Program-made: the position numbers and the translations under genes
In this document: positions 1-46,800 of the stretch, in pieces
How positions within the stretch are numbered: position 1 is the first letter of the stretch
Layout: the number at the start of each line of letters is the position of its first letter
NCBI GenBank assembly: GCA_951406725.2
Contig: OX597815.1
Coordinates: 87,482,001 to 87,546,000 of the forward strand
DNA from: Octopus vulgaris
Lineage: Eukaryota
Direction: 5' to 3'
DNA: 64,000 nucleotides
The notes under the pieces: model-generated
The model's input: the letters and a program-made list of their open reading frames with translations, nothing else
Database searches by the model: none
What the model was told of the DNA's origin: nothing

Positions 1-174
1 TTTCATTATGGGTGCTATCTTTTCAGTGACATGTATCATTAAAGCCAAAGCTTTTGTCCGGCCACTGCTGTGTTGAAAATAAGAGCGGTTAGAAAATGAA
101 AAATGTTCCAGACAGAGATGATATCTAAACAGATTTGGAAAGGAGGAAGAAGAAATAGGGGCTGACAGTCGTAT

Positions 175-273
175 GTTTGAGATGTGCTGTGTAGTACTTC
201 TCACAGCAACTGCGCAAACACATGTGGCCAAGCAGCAAGTGGACGTGACACCAGCACAACACATTGCTGAAAC
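175..273 (-). promoter_or_regulatory. Long RNA stem-loop in the eRF1 3'UTR starting at nt +8 after the UGA stop
   Basis: Hand pairing: GUUU/AAAC and AG/CU at the base; AUGUGUUGUG (264-255) with CACAGCACAU (191-182); UGGUG (253-249) with UACUA (196-192); UCACG (248-244) with UGUGA (205-201). Function is inferred. Confidence 0.6.
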
Positions 274-280
274 TAAATCT

Positions 281-33929
<33,649 letters not shown>

Positions 33930-34069
33930 TTTGAAAAGGCTCGGACCTGTTCCGTCTGTGGTGGGTGGAGGAGAGAGTGTCGCGGAAATAGTGGGAGATA
34001 AGAAAACTATAGGGAGGGGGAAGAGAAGGCAAGCACAAACATATTTGTGGTAGGTGTAGAAGAGAGTGT

Positions 34070-34600
34070 TACAGGGGTTGGTAAGAGATATTTAAGAGGA
34101 AGAGGAGGAGGCGAGTGCAAACAGCATCTGTGAAGGGCGGAGGAATGAATGGCTCAGAGGAACAGGAGGAGATAACAGAGTGGGAGGAGAACACAAAATT
34201 ATACGTAGTTGGAGGTGTTGGGTTAAAGAGAGTTGGTGCAAGAAAGACTATTGCAAGCACTATGGTAGGAGTTAAAAGAAGAGCTAGGATGGATAGGAAG
34301 AAACAATGAGAGGAGGAAATAAATATGGAGTAGTAGGAAGAGAAGGGAAACTAAAAGAGGGATGGGAGAAGTATGTGTTTTAGAGAGAGTGTGAAAGTCA
34401 GCTGCGATGGTGATATGTGGATGATGTAGGCTGAAGGAATCACACTCGTTAGCGACTATACATGTGTATGTAGGTATGTATAATATACATATGTGTATCT
34501 GTAATGTTGGTATTGGGATTGTTACAGCTGATTTCATGCTAACTAGTTGGGGCAGACGTATTCATAGTGGTAAGGACAGTTGTTAACATTGCGGGAGAAT
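34070..34600 (-). mobile_element. Ancient LINE RT remnant immediately upstream of eRF1
   Basis: Minus-strand translations give LAPTLFN (RT PQGxxLxPxLFN-like) and ITIAADFHTLS (YADD-like). Their order is not the canonical collinear one. Confidence 0.35.
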
Positions 34601-35084
34601 TTCTAATTTTATTGATTGAAGAAAAAGTTTAAAATGTTGATGTAAACTAGTTGTACAGTCCAGAATATACACTGGATCGAAAATGTTGATTACCTGCTAA
34701 ATACTATTAAACTGTGAAACGATAAGTGTAGGAGTGCAGTTACGTCCGTCTTTTAATGAAAACATTAAGATAATTCGAAAAAACTGAATAGTGACAACAG
34801 TAAAAATACTATACTTGCTTTTTTTTACACTAGGTAGAAGAAAAAATCAATTGTTTTACGTTTTATTACTAATAATGAATGGTTTTAATTTAATTACTTA
34901 TTAGTTAATTGCAAATGTTCACGGGATTGCGAGAAACCTCCCAATTACGACGTCTAAGCACAAAGAAAACTTATCTATCTGTATAGATATACATATACTC
35001 AAAAGAAAACTTATATATATATGGCTAAATTACTGTATGAGTACCATAATTGTCAAAATGAAATGCACGTGTACTATATATATA

Positions 35085-35254
35085 AGCGCAGGAGTGGCTA
35101 TGTGGTAAGTAGCTTGCTTACCAACCACATAGTTCCGGGTTCACTCCCACTGAATAACACCTTGGGCAAGTGTCCTCTACCATAGCCTCGGGCAGACCAA
35201 AACCTTGTGAGTGGATTTTGGTTGACGGAAACTGAAAGAAGCCCGTCGTATATA

Positions 35255-35310
<56 letters not shown>

Positions 35311-35530
35311 CATATATATATATATGTGTGTGTTTACAATGCGTTTATATATATATACGACGGGCTTCTTTGTGTGTCGGTGTTTGTCCTCCCCCCGCCA
35401 TCGCTTGACAATCGATGTTGGTATGTTTACGTCCCCGTAACTTAGCGGTTCGACAAAAGAGACCGATAGATAAGTACTAGGCTTACAAAGAATAAGACCT
35501 GGGGTCGATTTGTTCGACTAAAGGCGGTGG
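35085..35530 (+). mobile_element. tRNA-derived SINE with internal (TA)n
   Basis: A box TGGCTATGTGG, B box GGTTCACTCCC, body caccttgggcaagtgtc...gaaactgaaagaagcccgtcg, TA repeat 35248-35325. Confidence 0.88.
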
Positions 35531-37080
35531 ACTGTTTTCGGACTTGATATAATTTATCATCACTATTATTCTTCGCATTTGATGTGCCATGTATGTATTT
35601 TCTTAAATGTCACAAGCACGAATGCTTACACGTGTATGTTAGTGCCTCTAGATACACATACATGTGTGTGCATTACAATGCCAGTGTTTATATTTTGCAC
35701 TTATCTATAATTTGTTATCTTCTATTGATGCATCGGCCCCAAAGAGCTCTTAAAAACTCGTGTTTAAGCGGATTAGATAAATCTTCCTGACAGCTAAGTA
35801 AACTGAACGGGTGTGCAAAATTGACTACCCGTAGAAACATTCTATTAATGTTGAACTTCCAATTTTGGTATGGAAAATATTGTCCACGTCGTTTAGGGAC
35901 TGACATGGAAGCAGTGAACGAAAAGATTCATTCAAATGTATCAGAAATTCATACATTAAATGATTAAAGGTAATAAACTGATTCGTTTGGGGCTTCTGTT
36001 TTTTTTAACTACTAGTACGAAGATCACTATACGAAGTTACAGAAGCACATCTTATGCATGTATAAATCACATTTGGCACGTTCCACATAATACAACTTAG
36101 GTAATTTTCCCACCCATTCTTTTGAAGAAAATAATATACCGTTTACACACACACGAATTATATCATTTTGGGTAGCTCAAGGTCTCGGAGCGGAAAGGAG
36201 TTGCTGTGCTATGAAGAATATAATTATTCAAACCGACAACACCCGAAAATACATTGTTGAATCAAATGTAGCTGCACCCATCCTTTTCATGCTTACACAC
36301 TCATTTCTATTAAAAAGCTAAGGATCACTCTCTCTCTCTCTTTCTGGGGAAACTTTTATTATATATTCTCACACACGCATTTATTTTCACTTGGGAAATA
36401 TATAAACGTCGTATCCACCGTTCGCTTAAGACAAAAGGGCTGATCACCTGTTGGTTGTTGATTGTCATTCAGAGCGTTAGACAAAATGCTTTGTGATATT
36501 TAGTCATGAGTTCAAATCCCACTGTAATTAACTTTGTTTCCTCATACTTTCGGTGTCGATTTAATATTCCTATTAAGAATTCTAAATATGAATGAACTTA
36601 GATTTATATTGCTTGTTGCTATATTGGTGTCAGTTCGGGAACTAGAAGCTGCATACTCTCTCACCACCTTTGTTTCCCCCTTAGATCTTCCTGGCATATA
36701 TTTTTACTTAGACATTAACCTGCAAAAGTTTGGTCAAGCTGCTAAAGATTACTCACTTCTCACTGCATTCCATTTTAAATTAAAATTTCGAGATTGTCTC
36801 CCCCTGCCTTTTGTGACCAGAATTAGTCATTTAGATAATGATTATTCTCATTACTAAAGGCGTATTTTAATTTATTTATTTATTCATTGTCCCACTACAT
36901 CAAGTATACTAGCATCAGTATTAAGTTTCCATGTAGTAGGCAACTCCAAGCATTCCCTCCCATTTATTCCTTTCTAATGTAAAGGATAGATATTTTGTCT
37001 TTATTCACACATGAACATTGATAAATCCCATAAATCAGTGAACCCAATCTATAACAGAAAATTTTGTCATGTATCTAGAA

Positions 37081-37399
37081 CAGTGTTTCTCAACCTTTTA
37101 ACCCTTGCGTAACCCTTAAAATAAATTACATGTCTCAAGGAACCCTTGCACCAAAAAAATTATATACCATATCTTTCTCATATTTTTTAGCATAGTTCAC
37201 GTGGTAAATATCATATATATATATATATAGTTATATATTTGATGACATAATGGATTAGATAGAATGATGTCTATATTACAATAACCAATAATATGTTGTG
37301 CATGTATAGTAATATTACGATCATGAAATTAGCATTAGCTTATCTCAATCTTTCTCACAGAACCCTAGGGTTCTGGGGAACCCCAGTTGAGAAACGCTG
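37081..37399. mobile_element. hAT (Charlie-like) MITE with 8-bp TSD
   Basis: TIR CAGTGTTTCTCAAC / GTTGAGAAACGCTG; TSD atctagaa at 37073-37080 and 37400-37407. Confidence 0.92.
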
Positions 37400-38010
37400 A
37401 TCTAGAAGAACATAAATTTACAGTCTATTCCTTTGCACTTCGGGAGTTTCTACGTGGCTGTTCAACTTGCTAAAACATTTTTCCCTCACTCTCTCTTCAT
37501 GAATTAGTCAATACTACTAGTTTTTCATGCCTTTCATGTGCAATATAATATGTTTACTGAGTATTTTTACTGCTAAAATAGTAAACTATTTTAGCAGCAA
37601 GCATGGTGAAATTTATACCTTGTTGGGGTTTAATACATCCAAAGCATGTACAGTCATCTCCTGTGTTAATCATTAAACTAATGTTGTTTCATCCTCACCA
37701 TATAAATATTTCTAATTAGATTTTTATGTGAACTAGATTACTGCACAGACATGGTTGTATGGTTCAGAAGTTTATTTCACAGCTGTGGTTTCTGGTTCGT
37801 TCTTGATGCACAGGACCTTGGCCTAGTCCTTTTCAAAAATTTTGGAGGGGCTGTTCCTATTCTTAGGTGAAAGACTTAATTCATTCATCAATTTGACAGT
37901 GACCTGGCTTTTAGGTGCTTTAGCCAGGTACATTCTGTTATAAGCATTCAAACCACCTCCTCTAATTTGAGGATAACTTCCAGCCTGTGACCAAGCCTCT
38001 GGAGGATTAT

Positions 38011-38782
38011 TGATGCTGCCTTTCACTTTAGTCATTAAAAAGAAAATTCTTTTAACATTGACTTAGCTACACTACTGCAGTTTTGCATTTGAAGATACAC
38101 AACTATATAACTGATTTGTAAAAAGAGTATTTTCTATCTTCCCAGATCAATTATTTGAAAAGGTTGAACAGTCTCCACCAGCTCACTAATCTACATACTA
38201 TTGATGCTAAATATAAAAAAAATCGTGGCTCCCAAAATATAGAACAAAGATAACTCTTAAGACCTGGAACAACTGTCACCGAAGTTGGTACCCCAACATG
38301 ACCATATCCATGTTGATTCTAAAGCATTGAGGGTTTGAACTTGTGACCATGTGATCATTATCTCAGCATTTAATCTTAGTCGTTGTAGTTTGAATGTGAT
38401 GCTGCCTTTCACTTTAGTCATTAAAAAGAAAATTCTTTTAACATTAACTTAGCTACACTACTGCAGTTTTGCATTTGAAGATACACAACTATATAACTGA
38501 TTTGTAAAAAGAGTATTTTCTATCTTCCCAGATCAATTATTTGAAATGGTTGAACAGTCTCCACCAGCTCACTAATCTACATACTATTGATGCTAAATAT
38601 AAAAAAATCGTGGCTCCCAAAATATAGAACAAAGATAAATCTTAAGACCTGGAACAACTGTCACCGAAGTTGGTACCCCAACATGACCATATCCATGTTG
38701 ATTCTAAAGCATTGAAGGTTTGAACTTGTGACCATGTGATCATTATCTCAGCATTTAATCTTAGTTGTTGTAGTTTGAATGT
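38011..38782. repeat. Tandem duplication, 386-bp period
   Basis: 38011-38396 is repeated at 38397-38782 with about six visible differences. Confidence 0.95.
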
Positions 38783-41525
38783 ATGTGTGTGTGATTTTGT
38801 ATATGTATATATGGTCGTGTCTGGAATTCTTTTGTACATTGATCTTCTAATCATGGGTGGCTCAGGTTGTACAAGTATAATATAGATTTTGAACATAGGC
38901 ACAAAAACAGATCTTTACCACCTTAATAGTTAAATGCTCTTTGGGATTTTTTACCACACTTATATTCATACAAATGTGTATTTAAAATAATGTGTTCACA
39001 TGTAATTGTATATAAATACTCAAACATGCACAATGCATTGAAAATTAGTTGTGATTAATTATAAGCAAGCACATAATCATTTAAGCATTTATGGCGCTCA
39101 TTTACAGATAACTAAATCAAAACTAATATAAAAGATGTAATTATATCCTATATATTTCAAATATGTTTGAGCAGTATATTTAACTAGTGATTTTATGTAG
39201 AACTCTGAGAAAGGTCACTTATCAAGCAGTTTGTGTCAGTGTTCTGTTCATGACTTCACTGCAAATGATGACATATTAGCTGAGAGTGAGGTGTAGGTGA
39301 GTAAACTCTACAAAACGAATTATTTTTAACATATAAAGAAATTCTCAGTTATAAACATTGTTTTCTATTTTCTTTTTCTTGCTCATATGAGCTGAAATGG
39401 TTTGAAATATAGGATTTCTCTATGAATTTTGATGTATTTGAGCAATACACCTAATTCTACTTGACTGAACATTTGTAAACAGGATGCTTTGTAGGTTGAA
39501 CTTCTCATATTTTGCTGCTTTTGCCAATAGTGACTGTTTCTAGTTTCCAAAGGCACCAGTTTTCCTTCTACTTTCAACTTAGTTCACTTAGCAATCAAAA
39601 TCATTGATGCGGCGAAACTAGTAACCCTTGGTAACCTTTTCAAAGCTATTAAGAGCACTTCTTGATCATATATGTGAGGTTTTTTCCCTTTCTTCTTTTT
39701 TTTTTTAAGATCTAACTCAATCTCTTTCCTTGGAAGTTTGTTCGAGCTATGTTTGCCACAGTCATTTCTCTTAATTAAATCATTTTCCATTAAAATTTTT
39801 TTTAAAGCAGGGTTGACCACCCCCTTTCACCCACTCCCCACATACATCATCCAATTGATTTTGAAATGTCTCTAGTACACAGCCTTTTTTTTTTTTTTTA
39901 GTTCTTTTACATATATTCAATCTGTCTCCTAGATTAATGATTCATTTCAACCTGGCCATACACATTTAACTCTTTTACTGTTGCAAGGCATCCATTGTCT
40001 CTTACACTGCAAAAAAAAGTGGAAATTGTTTTTCCTAACTCAGGTAGAAAATTTTTTCAGCTCTTGCTCTTCTACTTTAATTCTTTTGTCACCATATTTC
40101 TGTTGAAATACACAGCCTTTGTTTCAGTTAATTTTGTAAATAATGAATTTATTGAAATAATTTTATGTTTGAAACATAACATGGAATTTTGGAAGATTTT
40201 TTTTTAGATCACTTTAAAATATGAAATTTGTATCCTAGAACTAGTTCAGTATTAAGCAGATTAGTGTCAAGAATTAATACCTTTTACTCCAATGCAACCA
40301 TTTGATATCCCTCTACCAATAATTTTATTGCCTACATAGACTTATTTACAACTTTCAGTAAGCTTCTTATTTGGCTCCCATAACACTCATGTTGGTGCCA
40401 CATAGAAAGCACTCACGCCTGTACATATGTCAGTGCCAGGTAAAAAGCACCCAGCACTCCCTGTAAAGTAGTTGGCATTAGAGGCATCCAACCATAGAAA
40501 CCATGCCAAAACAGACAAATGAAGCTTTGACAGCTCTCTGGTTGGCCAGCTCCTGTCACATTGTCCAACCCATACCAGCAAGGAAAACAGATGTTAAATG
40601 ATGATGATCATCATCATCCCATCTTTTATTCAGCACTACTGTATCTAGGATTGCATTATTCAATGTGCCCAATGTTTTTCCCAGGCAGTAGAGCATGATT
40701 TCAGGGAGATTTGGTTACTATTTTTTGCAAGTTAAGCAACTGCATTAGAACTTCCTTTATTGCTTTACCAGTAGGTTAGTCATGTATTGGAAAGTGGGTG
40801 GGGTCATTCTTTTAACATTAACTATTTACAATTTTGTGGCATTGCACCAGTGTGAAACGTTATGTCTAACAGGAAATTTTGTGTGGGCTGTACATCTGAT
40901 GTTAAAATTTGCAGTTTTCTAAAGTTTCCATTATATCTAATGATTGTTATTTTTATACCTTTGTTTCATCATTAAAAACATCTATTTTTACATGCTTAAA
41001 TTGGTTGGGTCCTCTGTAATATGGCTCATCAACATTCTTTTCAGTCTTGTATCATCTCATCAGACCTTACACCTCAGAATCTGGTTTCATCACTTCATTT
41101 GTTTTTTTCTGCTATGGGTACCTTCCACTGTTAACAGACAACACATTTTCATCCAACAGTTGTCGTGTATTTGCATTATATGCTATATCCGTGCAACCAA
41201 CTCATTATGCTTTTAAATACCTGGTTAGTTTAACAGCTAAATTGCTACCCTCTGCCTTACACCTTAGTCCTGCATTTTTCATAACTATTTAATAAAGATG
41301 GTAGCATAGCCTCCTGAAGTTTATCCACTTATCTTCAGAAGGTCATCTGCGTTTACCATTGATCTGTTGATTGAACTACCTTGCATTGATTGAGGTATTG
41401 ACATGCTTGCTAACTGACTACTCTGCTGGATTCTTTATGCCAAATCAGCTTCTCACTAGAGAAAAAGTATTGTCATGGTTATCCATCAATAAACCACAAC
41501 AAATCTATTTGCTTTTTTTTTCTCA

Positions 41526-41790
41526 TGTATTCTGTTTATATTAGTTGGACTGGTGTCCTCATCTAGATGTTACTTTCATTACATTTCAGCTGTTGTGGAA
41601 TGAGAACAGTGTACCCCAGTAGATGAAATAAAGGGTTAGGTTCAAAATTCCAATACAACACAAGACACCTGAAGAAGGCTGGAGAATGCAACAGCTTAAA
41701 CAAAGTGAAAGTAACAATTAAGATGAGGACATCAGTCTGACTAATATAACAGTATACATAATATGAATTCCTCATCTCAGCAACATAGAC
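41526..41790 (+). mobile_element. Penelope-like inverted terminal fragment with decayed hammerhead core
   Basis: ~70-bp inverted arms (41526-41596 and 41689-41758); CAC-CTGAAGA-AGGCTG...CAGCT-TAAAC at 41666-41701. Confidence 0.55.
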
Positions 41791-41879
41791 ATTTTTTTTT
41801 CTCTCTCTTTATCTCTTTTATTTAGATGATTTATGCAATATTATGGTCACCAGAACTACTGCTCCACACTTTTAAACAG

Positions 41880-43982
41880 TGACTAGAAATGCCATTACGA
41901 AAGACTGCTGAACGTGGAGAATGAATGGGGGGAGGAGGAGAGTCTGCCAAATGTTGACCTAACTGAGGGACCAGCTATCCAAATCAACGGTACCTTGATA
42001 GATAAAGCAATTAAGGATATGAAGATAGTGAAAGCCCCCAGCCCATCAGGAATCACTGCTGAGATGCTCAAAATATCTGGCAGTGTGGGTTATGGTCTAG
42101 TCACCTGAATTGTAAATCAGGTGGTCCATGAAGGAGTCATACCCAATGACTGGTGTAGCAGCACCATAGTCAACTGCTACAAAAGTAAAGGTGATAACGT
42201 AGACAGAAATAATTAGAGGCATCAAATTGTTGGATCAGGTAATGAATATTACAGAGAGAATCATAGCCCAACTAATTAGGGAGAGAGTTAGTCTTGATGA
42301 GATGCAGTTCAGTGCCAGGGAGAAGCACCACTGATGCTATATTTCTGGTAAGGTAGCTGCAGGAGAAACATTCAGCCAAAGGCAAACCTCTCTACTTGGT
42401 CTTTATTGACTTGGAGAAAGCCTTTGACAGGGTCCCCTGCTCCCATATCTGGTGGTCAATGCGGAAACTAGGGATAGACGAGTGGTACAAGTATGTACAG
42501 GGATACTGTGTGTAAGGTGATTGTTGACAATGAGTACAGCAAAGAATTCAGGGTACAAGTAGAGGTTCGCCAAGGATCTGTTATCAGTGCCCTCTTGTTC
42601 GTCATAGTTCTCTGGGTAATAACAGAGGAATTTAAGACAGGTTGCCCCTGGGAGCTCTTCTATGCTGATGACCTTGTTCTTATAGCTGAACCACTACCAG
42701 AACTAGAGAAGTTTCAGGTATTGAAGTAAGGTCTAGAATCAAAGGGCCTCAGAGTTAACCTCGCAAAAACCAAAGTCTTAGTAAGTAGGAAGGCAGACAA
42801 ATCACAAATTCCTTCAAGTAGATGGCCCAGCTCAATCTGTAAACAAGGCATAGGTAGAAAATTCGTAAGATGTACCTGGTGTAAGCTATGGTCACATAAG
42901 AAGTGCAGCAATATCAAAGGTTAACAGGAAAAATAGCTTTTATGTGTAAAAAATGCACAGGTATAATAAACACAGAAAATAGACTCCATCAACTGCCAGG
43001 TGGGTAAGCTAGAGGTAGTAGATAGCTCCCGTTATCTAGGTGACCAAGTTAGTAGCAGAGGTGGATGCTCCAAGAGTGTAGCTGTGAGAATAAGAACAGG
43101 ATGGGCAAAGTTCAGAGAGCTCCTACCTCTACTAGCAACAAAGGGCCTCTCGCTCAGAGTGAAAGGCAGATTGTATGATGCCTGTGTGTGAACAGCTATG
43201 TTACATGGCAGTGAAACATGGGCTGTGACAGCTGAGGACATGCATAAGTTTAAAAGAAATGAAGCCAGTATGCCTCACTGGATATGCAATGTCAGTGTGC
43301 ATGTACGACAGTGTGAGATTCTTGAAAGAAAAGTTGGGCATAAGAGGCATCAGAGTAGTGTGCAAGAGAGATGACTGTGCTGATATGGTCATGTGGTGCG
43401 TATGGATGAGGATAGCTGTGTAAAGAAGACAGAACCTGTGGTAGAGGAAGACATGGGACGAGGTGGCGAAGCATGATCTTCAAACTTTGGACCTCATGGA
43501 GGCAATGACTAGTGACTGAGACCTTTGGCAATACGCTGTGCTTGAGAAAACCCATCAAGCCAAGTGAATTCATAGTCATGGCTGATGCTGGTGTCACATA
43601 ACTGGTACATAAAAAGCACCTTTCAAGCACTGGACTCCAGGAAGGCAAGGTGACCAACGTTAGTGGCATGTGAAAAGCATCTTTTGAGTGTTGAACCTCA
43701 CAGAAGCAATGACAAATGACCAAGACCCTTGGCATTATGCTATGCTTGAGAAGACCCATCAAGTAAAATTGTAGTCATAGCAGATACTGGTGTCATGCAA
43801 ATGGTACCTGTGCTGGTGGCACATAAAAGTACCCCTTACACTCTCAAAGTGGTAGGTATTAAGAAGGGCATACAGCTATAGAAACCATGCCAAATCAAAC
43901 TGGAATCTAGTGCAGCTTGCCAGCCCTGGTCAAACCATCCAACCCATTCCAGCATGGACAATGGACGTTAAATGATGATGAT
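41880..43982 (+). mobile_element. RTE-clade LINE, 5'-truncated, RT pseudogenised
   Basis: KAPSPSGITAEMLK, FIDLEKAFDRVP, RQGSVISALLF, ELFYADDL (~42652-42675), WAKFRELL...GRLYDACV; (GAT)n tail; internal stops and frameshifts. Confidence 0.93.
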
Positions 43983-46800
43983 AAAAGTGTTGAGAGTTCA
44001 AAGGAAACAACTGCAGTCTTAATTTTCGATGCTGGAAACTTTTTTATGATATTGTCCAAGGCAGAGGAATAAAATCTATAGCACTTCAGGCATTATTTAT
44101 TCAATGAGATTGATGTTCAATTGGTATTTCTAGCAATTGTCAATAAGGAAACATGAGTGGGGAGAGAGTTCCAGGAAGTTGCAATTCTGAAGATTGATAA
44201 ATTACATACGCAAATCTGTACAGGATTTGGTGGGTGAGTTACAGAGTAGTTGACAGTGGTATAGATTTCTAATTCAGTGGAGCAAGCATCATTGTCATAC
44301 CAAAAAAGAAAGACAGAAGGAATATATATACATCAGCATATTATGCTGGTTTGTTTAACAATCAGCCAGATGGACTTTCTGGGATGGGGTCTTGCATGCC
44401 TCTGCTTGTAGCAACTACAATGTTTCAGATAGGTGAATCAGCAAGTGTTTGAAGCCCAAGCACCTTACAGTTAGGATTGTGGAATCACTCATGGAATCGG
44501 AATCTCCAACTAAGTATAATATAATGGCATCAAAACTTTCTAATTTCACTAATATTAATTTGAAAATAACCAAATCGTCAGTGGCACGTAAAAAGCACTA
44601 TCCAAACGTGATCGATGCCAGCACACCCGATTGGCTCCTGTGCTGGTGGCATATAAAAAGCACCCATTACATTCATGGAGCGGTTAGCATTAGGAAGGGC
44701 ATCCAGCTGTAGAAACATTGCCAAATCAGATTGGAACCAGGTGGAGCCACTGGCTTTCCAAACCTCAGTCAAACCATCCAACCCATGCCAGCTTGGAAAA
44801 CGGACATTAAATGCTGATGAATGAGGATCTTGCAGTTGTGATTCTCTTTCTAAGAACAAAATATTAATAAATTTTGCATTTAGATATATTTAGTTCCTTT
44901 TCTAGAGACCAAATGTGCCCTAAATTTTGTAAAGGTTAACTTTTCAATATTTTACAAAATGTTTATTTAATGTAATTTTTAGTGTTATATTCACTTCAGT
45001 TTTATATTTAAGCAATATTTTAATCTCAAACACTTGTTGGATGTGACTTGATACAAATATATTTTATTCAACACTACTTTGTACAAGTTTAGTTAATTAA
45101 TTCTACCTTAAACCAAGCTTTAAGCTCATTAATGAATGTACTGAATGAATTGTACTTTTTGTGATATGAAAGTCAGATTTGGTATTCATAAAAGATAATG
45201 TGTAACAACACAGAAGCACATGCAATCCAATCATTCACATTCATGCTTCTAGAAGGATTTCCCCAAGATATCCATGTGTGCATATCTATCTATCTGTGTG
45301 TGTGGAGGAGGGCATTCAGCTGTAAAAACCTTGCCAAAACTGACCTCGCCTGTGCCATGTAAAAAGCACTAAGACCACTCTGCTGGGTGGTAGATGTTAA
45401 TCAATAATGATGATTTTGTCAGTCCATTTTTGCCAAACCACTAAGTTACAAGAGACCTGAACAAACCAATACACTCACATACATATATGATGGGATTTTT
45501 TCAGTTTCTGTGTACCAAATCCACTGCCAAAGTTTTGGTCAGCTTGGAGCTATAGTCTAAGACTTTTACCTAAAGTGCCATGCTGTGGGACTTAAATCCA
45601 AAACTATGCAGCTAGGAAGCAAACTTCTTACTATACAACCATATCTGCACCTATATATAATTCACAAGAATATTGATTTTAAAAGATTAAATACCTCAAA
45701 AAGTATAGTAACTGTTTTTGCCTTTAATGTACTAGGACTTTAGATTTCTTTGGTTGATGTGTATATTGATATTTCTTAATTTCACTGCTTTTTTCCATAT
45801 TGTGCAAGAGAAAAAAGTGTATTTTTCTATTGAGTCCTGAACTACTATAAGAAAGGGTTGAAGGAGATGTAGCAAAAGTTATTACCAGAAATATGGCATT
45901 GACTAATCTAAAATCCCAGTCTTTGGTGATGTGACACTACAAGGCTTATGATAACCAGCTGAATCTCTCTCCTTGTAAAACTATATAATATGGCTCTGTA
46001 CTATTTTAACTATCTTTATTACATTATACCTATCATCAGGAAGAATATTAGTCATAAAGACTGTTTAGATTAGTCAGTGTATACAATATTGATTGGTTGA
46101 TCAGAATGACTTTAGATGAATCTTACAGGAAGGAATTAAACAAACCAGTATGGTTTTGTTTTGTTTGGTGTGGTGTGCTTTGTTCTGTGGTAAATATGTA
46201 TTCAGTTTTACTAGCCTGTTTCATAATCTTCCAAGGTTTGGCTTGTAATATTCTGTATTTCCTAATCTTATTTTATTTTCTCAGACGCTGCCAATTAGTC
46301 ATAACAGCAGTGTAAACAACCACCTTGATAGTTAATGACCAGCTGGTGTGCCAGAGACTATTGTTTATTGATTAACAGTAACTAAATTGTCACTCTAAAA
46401 TATTATATTGATGTATTTATTGCATGTGTATTATCTACATTGCATATCTGTGGTATTCATAACGTGAATATGTATGTTTTCTTCTTTTTAATTTCAATAG
46501 GTTGTTTAAAAATCTATACATATGTGGGTGTGTATATAGAAATGTCTGTCAGGATTTGCATATGTGTGTATTAATGTATATAGGTATATGAACTCTTGTA
46601 TGTACTAAAATCTATATACATGTCTAATTGATGTTTGTATGTTGCTTCATTCATGTTATCAACCAATCAATTTATATTATGATAGTAATGTGTTGTGCAT
46701 ATTAATTTTGTACTGTTAATGAGTTGGAGTGACTGTATAACTAATTTTCATATTCTTTTATGGTTTGTTTTGTTGGATGTCAGTGAATTAGACTATTAGT

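Noticed and set aside
175-273. SECIS element recoding the UGA
   Set aside because: No AUGA/GA quartet or apical AA motif, and it is too close to the UGA for a typical eukaryotic SECIS.
35085-35160. tRNA gene
   Set aside because: The A/B boxes belong to a SINE head; no full cloverleaf.
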